Of a stretch of DNA of 43,445 bases, positions 10,483-19,020 are shown in pieces. The position numbers were made by a program, and so were the translations under genes. The notes beneath the pieces are model-generated. The model made no database searches and was not told the origin of the DNA. It saw nothing but the letters and a program-made list of their open reading frames with translations. This DNA is from Desulfuromonas sp. SDB (GTDB taxonomy: Bacteria > SDB-A). Every line of letters begins with the position of its first letter. Within the stretch, counting starts at the first letter, position 1. The stretch lies in contig LKUE01000391.1 of the NCBI GenBank assembly GCA_001412365.1, positions 1 through 43,445 of the forward strand, written 5' to 3'.

Positions 10483-12055
10483 AAACGTGAATTATGCATC
10501 TTATGTAAGAATATTTTTAATAATTCTAACTTTTGGACTAGCCCTGGTAGCCTTATCCGGAATTATGGTTACGGACAGGGCAATTCATCTGAATGAGGAG
10601 ATTGCCAGATTTTCCCTGGATGTAGATGCTGATCTGCTGCAGGAATTGATCTTATCCGGGGCAGTTGATGATCTATCGGATTTCAGAGGAATTTTTGATT
10701 TTGTGGCAATCCAACCAGTTGATTCGGTGCCTGAAAATATGATTACCTCAAATCTGATTTTATCTGATGGTTCGGAAGTGGTGGTTGGACGTTCCTACCC
10801 TTTAGTGGATCAATTGAGAATTTATAAAAATTTACTATTGTTTACCTTGATCATCGTGGTGATTTTAGAAATTATTGCCATAACCGTTTTCACCAAAGAA
10901 AAGGTGATGAAGCCTTTTGAGTTGATGGGTAAGATTACCGGCGCAGATCCCACTCCGGACAGCTTGGTGATAAAATTGGAAAAAATGGTGGAAGATCTGA
11001 GAGAGAACAAAGCTGAGCTGGAACTGTTATACCATCAAGAACAGTATAAAGTGGTAAATATAACTGCCCGTAGCGATTCAATACTGGATAATCTCCGGGT
11101 GGGGGTAATGGATATTGATAAACAGGGTAAAATTTCCCGGGGCAATACTGCCCTTAAAGAAATTTTCCCCCAGTTGCCCCTTAATGATGGAATCAATTAT
11201 GACCGGACCGATTTGCCCGGAGTGCTCATTGATTTAATCAGGCAGGTTTTTCAGCAAGGACAAACGAACTCCGCCCGGATTAATTTAGAAGACCGGATTA
11301 TTGATGTAGTGATTTCACCGGTAAAGGTAGAGCAGGAATTTGCAGGGGTGTTTCTTTCCGTTTACGATATTTCCGAGGCAGTTTACCTGGAACGAATATT
11401 GATGACCAAGGAAAAGCTTCAATCTTTCGGGGAGATGTCTGTAGGGATGGCTCATGAATTCAGAAATTCGGCAGGGGTTATTTTAGGAACAGCAAAACTG
11501 CTGGATAAAAAGTACGACCGGGAAGCTGTTCAGATATTAATTGATGAGACTAATTCTTTGTTGTCAACTATGGAGAAGTTTTTGGAGGTGGTCAAAAAAC
11601 AGGAATTAAAGTTCGAGGAATTTTCCATTAAAAATTTAACTGATGAAATTGCAAAAAACTATCAATGGCAGTTTCACACTGATATCAAAGTTGATCAGAT
11701 ATACGGGGACCGGGTGCTGTTGAGAAGAGCAATAATTAATTTAATAAAAAATTCATTGGAAAATAAAAGCAGTCCTCAGGATATTTTAATAATGGCGGAA
11801 CAGGATGATAATTGGTTTAAACTGGAAGTTTCGGATAAGGGGACCGGACTTAGTGAAAAGGATATTGAAAAAGTAAAAACTCCCTTTTATTCTACTAAGA
11901 GTAATGGGCTCGGATTGGGCTTATCCATCGTGGAAAAGATAATGGATTTGCATCAGGGGACTTTACAAATTATGCCGATTTTACAACAAAATGAAGTAAA
12001 GGGGACCAAGATTATATTGAGGTGGAGAAAACGTGGCAGAGATATTAATAGTTGA
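10466..12055 (+). CDS. Membrane sensor histidine kinase (2 TM, PAS, HisKA, HATPase)
   Basis: Two TM segments, AHEFRN H-box, NLIKNS N-box, D.G.G, F and GLGLGL boxes. Confidence 0.92.
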   Translation: MNFRLKNVNYASYVRIFLIILTFGLALVALSGIMVTDRAIHLNEEIARFSLDVDADLLQELILSGAVDDLSDFRGIFDFVAIQPVDSVPENMITSNLILSDGSEVVVGRSYPLVDQLRIYKNLLLFTLIIVVILEIIAITVFTKEKVMKPFELMGKITGADPTPDSLVIKLEKMVEDLRENKAELELLYHQEQYKVVNITARSDSILDNLRVGVMDIDKQGKISRGNTALKEIFPQLPLNDGINYDRTDLPGVLIDLIRQVFQQGQTNSARINLEDRIIDVVISPVKVEQEFAGVFLSVYDISEAVYLERILMTKEKLQSFGEMSVGMAHEFRNSAGVILGTAKLLDKKYDREAVQILIDETNSLLSTMEKFLEVVKKQELKFEEFSIKNLTDEIAKNYQWQFHTDIKVDQIYGDRVLLRRAIINLIKNSLENKSSPQDILIMAEQDDNWFKLEVSDKGTGLSEKDIEKVKTPFYSTKSNGLGLGLSIVEKIMDLHQGTLQIMPILQQNEVKGTKIILRWRKRGRDINS

Positions 12056-13358
12056 AGATAAAAAAAATCTTCGCAAGATGCTGAAGATAGCTTTGGAGGC
12101 AGAAGGTTTCAATGTCCAGGAAGCTGGAGGAATCACTCAGGCAAAGCAGTATCTGCATAAATTTGTACCGGAAGTTATGGTGGTGGATATTCGTCTTCCT
12201 GATGGCAATGGGCTGGATCTTCTGGATTTTCTAAAAAAGGATATATCGGATATCATCATCATCGTTATGACTGCGTATGGAGATATTCCCATGGCTGTTT
12301 CCGCCATAAAAAAAGGGGCTGATGATTTTCTGCCCAAGCCTTTTGATCCTGACGATCTCACTGAGGTTATCCACCGGGAGATAAACAAGAAGTGGCTATA
12401 TCGAAAACACCGTGAATTGATGGAAAAAAGCGATTTATTGGAACCGGTAGGCAAATCTAAAATGTGGAATGATTTAATGGAGCTGGCGGGAAAAGTTGCT
12501 CCGGTAGATACCACTATACTGCTGATTGGGGAAACCGGCAGCGGAAAAGAGGTATTAGCCAGGAAAATTCATCAACTCAGTCCTAGGAATAAAGCTCCCT
12601 TTATCCCTGTAAATTGTGCAGCCATACCTAAAGATTTGGTGGAAAGTGAACTTTTCGGAGCGGAACCTGGAGCTTTCACCGGAATTGACAAAGTTAGAGT
12701 GGGTAAATTTGAATCAGCTGACCAGGGAACCATATTTCTTGATGAAATTGGAGATCTTTCCCTGGCTGCCCAGGCAAAAATACTGAGGATACTGGAAACC
12801 AAAGAAATTCAAAGATTGGGCTCCTCTAAGATTAAAAAAATTGATGTCCGCATTATTGCCGCAACCAATAAAAATTTAGAACTGGATAAAAACTCAAATC
12901 AGTTTAGGGAGGATCTGTATTTCCGTATTTCCGTATTCCCTATTACCATTCCCCCCCTGCGGGAAAGAATAGAGGATATCCGTCCGTTGGTGGAACATTT
13001 TTTAATTAAAATAGCGGCTAAACTTAATTTAGCTGAAATCCCCTGCATTGATGAAACGGTTTGGCCGAAGTTAATCAATTATTCCTGGCCGGGCAATGTT
13101 CGTGAATTAGCCAATGTCCTGGAAAGAGCGGTGATATTATCCTCGGGAAGTGAATTAACTCAGGATAAAATATTAATCCCGGATAATACCGGGCAATTTG
13201 ATGTCAGTCTGGTGGAGCAGGCAAAGTTCATCAAGGAAAAAGAAATGATAATAAAAGCTTTAAATCAGACCGGGGGAAATAAAACAAAAGCAGCAAAAAA
13301 ACTGGGCATCAGTTATCGGACCTTGCTCAATAAAGTAAAAAAATATAAAATAAATTAA
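12033..13358 (+). CDS. Sigma54-dependent response regulator (NtrC/AtoC family)
   Basis: Receiver domain, GETGSGKE, GAFTG, FLDEIG, FREDLYFR, WPGNVREL and a Fis-type HTH. Confidence 0.95.
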   Translation: MAEILIVEDKKNLRKMLKIALEAEGFNVQEAGGITQAKQYLHKFVPEVMVVDIRLPDGNGLDLLDFLKKDISDIIIIVMTAYGDIPMAVSAIKKGADDFLPKPFDPDDLTEVIHREINKKWLYRKHRELMEKSDLLEPVGKSKMWNDLMELAGKVAPVDTTILLIGETGSGKEVLARKIHQLSPRNKAPFIPVNCAAIPKDLVESELFGAEPGAFTGIDKVRVGKFESADQGTIFLDEIGDLSLAAQAKILRILETKEIQRLGSSKIKKIDVRIIAATNKNLELDKNSNQFREDLYFRISVFPITIPPLRERIEDIRPLVEHFLIKIAAKLNLAEIPCIDETVWPKLINYSWPGNVRELANVLERAVILSSGSELTQDKILIPDNTGQFDVSLVEQAKFIKEKEMIIKALNQTGGNKTKAAKKLGISYRTLLNKVKKYKIN

Positions 13359-13442
13359 GATAAATATTGATTTTATAATTATTTACTGATAAAAATTAAA
13401 ATTAGTTTTTATAAATTTTAGTAAGAATTACAGGAGAAAAAT

Positions 13443-13634
13443 ATGTCATATAAGTGTGAAATATGTGGTAAAAGTCCTTCTATAGGAAACAATGTAAGCC
13501 ATGCTAACAACAGGACAAAAAGAAGATTTTTGCCTAATTTACAGAAAATTAGAGTGAAGCTTGATTCCGGTGCAGTAAAAAAGATGAAAGTCTGTACTTC
13601 CTGTATTAAATCAGGCAGAGTGAAAAAACCTTAA
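13443..13634 (+). CDS. rpmB: 50S ribosomal protein L28 (Zn-binding form)
   Basis: [26 protein letters not shown]...VCTSCIKSG. Confidence 0.97.
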   Translation: MSYKCEICGKSPSIGNNVSHANNRTKRRFLPNLQKIRVKLDSGAVKKMKVCTSCIKSGRVKKP

Positions 13635-13668
13635 TTTTCTAATCATACCTTTATCAGGAGGGTGATGA

Positions 13669-15141
13669 ATTACTGCTGGACACAAACTTTTTACAGTTAG
13701 TGTAATATTAATAACTGTAGAATTTGTTCTGTTGTTATTTGTTTCTCTATCCTGTCAGCATACCGGTGCATTGGTTAGAACAGAAAATAACCTTGCCCCC
13801 CATGAATCTGAGATCAGTTATTCCCAGGAGAATTTAGTGGGAAATTCACCTTCCCTTCCTGATCGATCCATTCAACCGGATTCAGAGGATAACTTCTCTC
13901 AACATCAATCTACACCAGGATTATCCGCTGAAAGCTTAGATTATGAAATAGATATAAAAAATAATTTTGAAAAATTAGCGGGGTGGGAACAACTCAAATT
14001 AACCGCTTCAATTCATCTGATCAAAGGAAATAATAGACAGACCTTGCCCGGTTATTTTTTAAACCATCCTCAATCCGATAATTCCGATTCAGGACAGTAT
14101 TACTATCATCAGGGAAGCAGTGCGGACAGCAGTCAAAACCAATCTAGATCTTTTTCCCAGGACTCATCGTTCTCCGCGCCCTGTTCCTCTTCCCCTGAAT
14201 ATACTGATCTGCCTTCTTTAAGCTCAGGTCTGAAACATACAATTTCCTGCTGTGTCCGGCAGTATATCCTGGGAGTAGTTAACAGCTATAAAATAATAGA
14301 ATATATACCCGGAGACAGTGCAATTCCGCTGACTATTTCCCCCCCTCCCCTTTGCACTGTTCCCAGTTTTGCTCAGTTTGAAATCCTGCCCACTCCGGAT
14401 CCCAAAAAAGTTATTATTTTTCTAAGTTCCACTGACAGCCTGGTTTATGATTTTAATCCCGGGGGGGGTACTTTGGAAATCCCGGATATTGAGTTTGACT
14501 ACCTTCCGGTCCGGATGGAAGTTAGAGCCCCTCAACTTACCGAAGTATTTAACTTTGTCCTCTATTCGGAAAGATGGATTGAAATATTTTGTGATTATGA
14601 TATTCAGTGTGCGGTGATGTGGGAAGGAGCCAGACCCAGAATATGGACTGTAGTTACTACCGGAAAGTCAAACTGGACCCGGGCGGAGCATTGCCGGATT
14701 ATGAACAAGGAGCCGGTAGCTTATTTTGTTCTGGATAGATCTCCGATGAGATGGTGGATGGGTATCCAGAATGTTCATGGAACTCAAAATGGAACCCATG
14801 CCCCCCTTTCCGGCACTTGGTGGAGATTAGGAAGACAGGGCAGCCATGGGTGTGTGCGTAATCCCTTTGCCGAAAAATTTTATCAACTGATGGAAGTTGG
14901 AGATAGGGTGGAAGTGTATTACCGTCACAGTGAGGGTTTTAACATCACTGAAATTAATCCCGCCTGGAGGTATTTGAGGTTTGACCTGCTGGAGGAAATT
15001 GAGGACAGCTCAGATCTAAAACAATATGTACACAGAGCTTCTGAAATTCTTATGCCCATTTACCAGGAAAAGTTAGCCAAAGCTTGGCAGGAAGACAGTG
15101 TTAACTGCAATCAGACTGCTGAATATCAAAATCATCCCTAG
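13669..15141 (+). CDS. L,D-transpeptidase (YkuD) domain protein, probably exported or a lipoprotein; start uncertain (ATT 13669 proposed, ORF track gives TTG 13732)
   Basis: C-terminal HG...GSHGCVR catalytic motif followed by VGDRV. The frame is open back to 13669, which adds a hydrophobic signal ending LSC. Confidence 0.8.
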   Translation: MTAGHKLFTVSVILITVEFVLLLFVSLSCQHTGALVRTENNLAPHESEISYSQENLVGNSPSLPDRSIQPDSEDNFSQHQSTPGLSAESLDYEIDIKNNFEKLAGWEQLKLTASIHLIKGNNRQTLPGYFLNHPQSDNSDSGQYYYHQGSSADSSQNQSRSFSQDSSFSAPCSSSPEYTDLPSLSSGLKHTISCCVRQYILGVVNSYKIIEYIPGDSAIPLTISPPPLCTVPSFAQFEILPTPDPKKVIIFLSSTDSLVYDFNPGGGTLEIPDIEFDYLPVRMEVRAPQLTEVFNFVLYSERWIEIFCDYDIQCAVMWEGARPRIWTVVTTGKSNWTRAEHCRIMNKEPVAYFVLDRSPMRWWMGIQNVHGTQNGTHAPLSGTWWRLGRQGSHGCVRNPFAEKFYQLMEVGDRVEVYYRHSEGFNITEINPAWRYLRFDLLEEIEDSSDLKQYVHRASEILMPIYQEKLAKAWQEDSVNCNQTAEYQNHP

Positions 15142-15188
15142 CCCAGTATTTACTTAACCGGCTATTTTTATCTAAAGTAAGGGATGAA

Positions 15189-15794
15189 TTAAGCAGAGCA
15201 GATGATATTTTTTAAAATATCATAAACCGGACTGTCAGAAGATAATTCAGGATGAAAAGTTGCCCCTAACACATTTTTTTGCTTAACCAGCACGGGTTCC
15301 TTATTACACCGTGCTAATATTTCCACCTCTGCTCCAACTTCAATAATTTTTGGGGCGCGGATAAATACTCCTTCACTGTGGCGGTGGGATGTATATTTTT
15401 CAGCTGATTCAGTATAATTGATTGTCTGGATAGATGAATCAACCTGCCTCCCGTAAGCATTTCTCTGAGTAGTGATTTCAATAAAATTCCAAGGCTCAGC
15501 CAGACCGGGATTGATTATTTTTTTAGATAGAAGTATAGCCCCGGCACAAGTTGCCAGAAAGAAAACTCCTTGCTCCCAGAGTTTTTCCAGTGATTTTCTT
15601 AATCCGGATAATTCAGCCAGTAAGTGGATTGTGGAAGATTCCCCCCCCGGTATGATTACTAGATCTAATTTTTCAGGCAGGTCGTAAATATCTCTGATCA
15701 GAAACAGGTTGGACCGGGGAAAAGCTTCTGAAATTTTCTGGCGGTGGGAGTTAAAATTACCCTGAATTGCAATTAATCCGGTATTAATTACCAA
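15189..15794 (-). CDS. pdxT: PLP synthase glutaminase subunit
   Basis: [29 protein letters not shown] and FHPEL; coupled to pdxS. Confidence 0.95.
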   Translation of the reverse strand: MVINTGLIAIQGNFNSHRQKISEAFPRSNLFLIRDIYDLPEKLDLVIIPGGESSTIHLLAELSGLRKSLEKLWEQGVFFLATCAGAILLSKKIINPGLAEPWNFIEITTQRNAYGRQVDSSIQTINYTESAEKYTSHRHSEGVFIRAPKIIEVGAEVEILARCNKEPVLVKQKNVLGATFHPELSSDSPVYDILKNIICSA

Positions 15795-16663
15795 CCCCTG
15801 TTTTGAATGATATCCTGTTTATCCATTTTAGAAGTATCAATCCCCCTCATTTCTTCACCCAGTTGGGATGATATCTCCGCTAATTTTTCAGGATCATTAT
15901 AATGGGTTACTGCGAGGACAATAGCTTTTGCCCTTGCTTCAGGATCCTGGGATTTAAAAACACCTGAACCCACAAAAACTGATTCAGCTCCTAACTGCAT
16001 CATCAATGCGGCATCAGCGGGACTGGCAACCCCTCCTGCGGCAAAATTGGGAACAGGCAGTTTTTTTTCTTCAGCCACCATCTTAACCAAAGCATAAGGT
16101 GCCTGCAGCTGTTTTGCTTCAGCCATCAATTCATCGCTGCGGAGGGTGGCAAGCTTTCTTATCTCCTGCTGTACTGATCTCATGTGCCTTACTGCATGAA
16201 TGATATCTCCGGTTCCCGCTTCTCCTTTAGTTCTGATCAGAGCAGCTCCTTCTGCTATTCTCCGCAACGCTTCCCCTAAGTTTCTTGCTCCGCAGACAAA
16301 GGGCACTTTAAAATCAAACTTGTAAACATGATTTTGGTCATCGGCAGGAGTCAGTACTTCGGATTCATCAATGAAATCTACTCCCAATGCCTGTAAAATT
16401 TGAGCTTCGGCAAAATGCCCAATCCGGCATTTAGCCATCACCGGTATGTCCACTGCTGCCATGATATCTTTGATTTTTTGGACATTGGCCATACGGGCTA
16501 CTCCTCCTGCTGCCCTGATATCTGCGGGTACTCTTTCCAAAGCCATAACTGCTACTGCTCCTGCCTGTTCAGCGATTTCAGCTTGTTCAGCATCAGTTAC
16601 ATCCATAATAACTCCGCCTCTAAGCATATCTGCAAGTCCTATTTTTAATCTTAGGTCAGTCAT
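15788..16663 (-). CDS. pdxS: PLP synthase lyase subunit
   Basis: [34 protein letters not shown] and FAAGG. Confidence 0.98.
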   Translation of the reverse strand: MTDLRLKIGLADMLRGGVIMDVTDAEQAEIAEQAGAVAVMALERVPADIRAAGGVARMANVQKIKDIMAAVDIPVMAKCRIGHFAEAQILQALGVDFIDESEVLTPADDQNHVYKFDFKVPFVCGARNLGEALRRIAEGAALIRTKGEAGTGDIIHAVRHMRSVQQEIRKLATLRSDELMAEAKQLQAPYALVKMVAEEKKLPVPNFAAGGVASPADAALMMQLGAESVFVGSGVFKSQDPEARAKAIVLAVTHYNDPEKLAEISSQLGEEMRGIDTSKMDKQDIIQNRGW

Positions 16664-16764
16664 GATATCCTCCCTTGTATTATTTCCAGATTAATATTAT
16701 ATATAATTTTATTGAAAATAAAATAATATAATTAGATTTAAACATAATAACTAGGAAAATATTA

Positions 16765-17634
16765 CTGAAAACATATTTTGACTGCATACCTTGTTTTTTC
16801 CGGCAGGGGTTAAATGCCTGTAAAACCGCCGGGGTTAATGATGAGGTTAAAAGGCTGGTGCTTAATGAACTGGGGAGGCTGTTGCCTCAAATGGATATTA
16901 AATCTTCTCCTCCCCATTTAGCAATGGCTGTATACGGATTGGTGGAAAAATATGCAGGTATAAATCCGTTCAGAGAAGAAAAGAAAAAAGCCAATAAAAT
17001 TGCTTTGAACATTTATCCCCAACTGGTTGAAATGATCAGAAGAAGTTCTGATCCTCTGCTTACTGCATTGAAGATTGCTGCAGTGGGAAATATTATTGAT
17101 CTGGGAGCTTATGATTTTGATATTGAAAATTTTGACTTGATTGAAGAAATTAATAAACATTTAGCTATGGATTTTTATACCCATAATCTGGTGGAGTTCC
17201 AAGCTGACCTTGAAACTGCCCAAACAATTTTATACATTGGGGATAATGCCGGTGAAATTGTATTTGACAAAGCACTGATAAAATTACTCCGGAGCAGGGA
17301 TAAAAAGATAATATTTGCAGTCCGGGGCAAGCCAGTAATAAATGATGTGACTTTAGAAGATGCTGAACAAGTTGGCATTGGACAATATGCTGAAGTAATT
17401 GACAGTGGAGTTCCTGCCCCCGGTTGTATTTTATTTCTCTGCTCACAGGAGTTTCAACAATTATTTCAACATTCGGATTTGGTGATTTCCAAAGGACAGG
17501 GAAATTTCGAAGCTTTGGATAATGCCCCCCGTTCGGTTTATTTTTTGTTTAAAGTAAAATGCAAGGTGCTTTCCACCAATCTATCCGTTCCTCAGGATTC
17601 CATGGTTTTCATAAAATCAAATCTGAAATCATGA
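16765..17634 (+). CDS. DUF89/ARMT1-like damage-control phosphatase; probable CTG start at 16765
   Basis: GNIID, DNAGEIVFD, P.INDVT, SKGQGNFE and KC motifs. The in-frame upstream extension KTYFDCIPCFFRQ matches the usual family N-terminus. Confidence 0.88.
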   Translation: MKTYFDCIPCFFRQGLNACKTAGVNDEVKRLVLNELGRLLPQMDIKSSPPHLAMAVYGLVEKYAGINPFREEKKKANKIALNIYPQLVEMIRRSSDPLLTALKIAAVGNIIDLGAYDFDIENFDLIEEINKHLAMDFYTHNLVEFQADLETAQTILYIGDNAGEIVFDKALIKLLRSRDKKIIFAVRGKPVINDVTLEDAEQVGIGQYAEVIDSGVPAPGCILFLCSQEFQQLFQHSDLVISKGQGNFEALDNAPRSVYFLFKVKCKVLSTNLSVPQDSMVFIKSNLKS

Positions 17635-17758
17635 TTTCTTAAAATTCTTTCATTACCAGGCAAACAGGTTATATATTATTATATCCGCCTTATGAAATTT
17701 ATAAATTTTCCGCGGTTTTACGGTTATATGTAAAAAATGAAAGTACTGCCTGATCTTA

Positions 17759-18850
17759 TCACAGGGGGGACAGGAGGGAAGAATCAGGCAGATAGTAGTA
17801 GATATGTCCGCCCCGGTCAAGGTAGTCGGAAAAAATCTGTTTAAGCCAGAGCAGCCCCTGGTGATCTAAATACAATAAGGGATGCTCGATGAATAAACAA
17901 TCTGAATTAATTTCCAGGGCAATTAAATAAGTTAATTTTCTCCGTTCACCGCCGGATAAACTGAGAGGGCTCCGTTCATTAAAATCCTCGGGGATGCCGG
18001 CAGATAGAGCTTTTTCCATGAAAGCATTTATTAAGATGCCCGACCAGGCGAGTTCTTCAGTTAAGTTGTTGAAATAAAAATAATTTTCGGCAAAATAAGG
18101 AAGATATTGAATTTTACTCCCCCTCCGGATTAATTCTGCTTTGAGTTCATAAAGTTCTTTCCTGGTGCGAATATGGTGGAAATTATTCAGATCACTAAAA
18201 TCTACAGGGGATTTAAACAGGGGTTCGGCAAATTCAATGTTGTGCTCATGAACCTGCAAATGTTTTATGTTACAATGGTTTACCAGCTGGGGATATTGAG
18301 TTATAAATAAACTTCCCCGGTGGCAGTTAAATACTGAGCGGATAAACTTCTTTCTGTGCTCAGCACCTAAAAGAACCAGGACTTCATCAAAAATTAAAAA
18401 TTCTTTACCCGCTGCTAGCAGGGAAGCAGTGAGGGTGTTTAAATTGTCCAACATCATCTCATCTCGGTTATCACCAGCTTTAATATCCCATTCCCTGATT
18501 AATTTATCTAATATTTTTTTTCCGTCCCCTGGCTTGATTCCTCGGTTTTCCAGGCTGAATATTATTTCCTGGACCGGATCATCAAACAGTCTCTGATTAT
18601 TTAAATTTTGTTTTATCAGTCCGAATTTTGAAACCAGGCAGAGGGGATCATCAATTACTGCTCCCCCTAATTTTATAGTTCCCTGCTGGGCACAACGGTA
18701 TCCTGATAATATCTCCGCCAGGGTGGTTTTTCCGGAACCAACTGCGCCGGTGAGTACGTAGTGATCATCTAAGTCCAAAATCAAATTCAGCCGGTCCAGG
18801 ATGACTTTATCATCAAAACCATAACTGAGATTATTTATGTTTAATTTCAT
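17759..18850 (-). CDS. Degenerate tandem ABC ATPase (EcfA/CbiO-like)
   Basis: N-terminal half has GAVGSGKT, Q-loop and LIFDE. C-terminal half has LSLSGGERRK but no Walker A. Confidence 0.7.
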   Translation of the reverse strand: MKLNINNLSYGFDDKVILDRLNLILDLDDHYVLTGAVGSGKTTLAEILSGYRCAQQGTIKLGGAVIDDPLCLVSKFGLIKQNLNNQRLFDDPVQEIIFSLENRGIKPGDGKKILDKLIREWDIKAGDNRDEMMLDNLNTLTASLLAAGKEFLIFDEVLVLLGAEHRKKFIRSVFNCHRGSLFITQYPQLVNHCNIKHLQVHEHNIEFAEPLFKSPVDFSDLNNFHHIRTRKELYELKAELIRRGSKIQYLPYFAENYFYFNNLTEELAWSGILINAFMEKALSAGIPEDFNERSPLSLSGGERRKLTYLIALEINSDCLFIEHPLLYLDHQGLLWLKQIFSDYLDRGGHIYYYLPDSSLLSPL

Positions 18851-19020
18851 AACTATGTGTTTAAATCTATTAAATCCTGATTATGATTTTAATGGACAGT
18901 GATATTTTAACCAGGCATAATGAAAAATTATATCTGCAAACTGATGCAAACTGAAGGATATTAAAATTCATAAACTGACCGGAAAACAAAATTGATATCC
19001 TCACCGCTGGATTTAACTAT

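Noticed and set aside
12640-12690. GAFTGI instead of GAFTGA as a sign of sigma54 independence
   Set aside because: The critical F and T residues are intact and the last position varies; I also saw no clear -24/-12 promoter in the window, so there is nothing further to support the idea.
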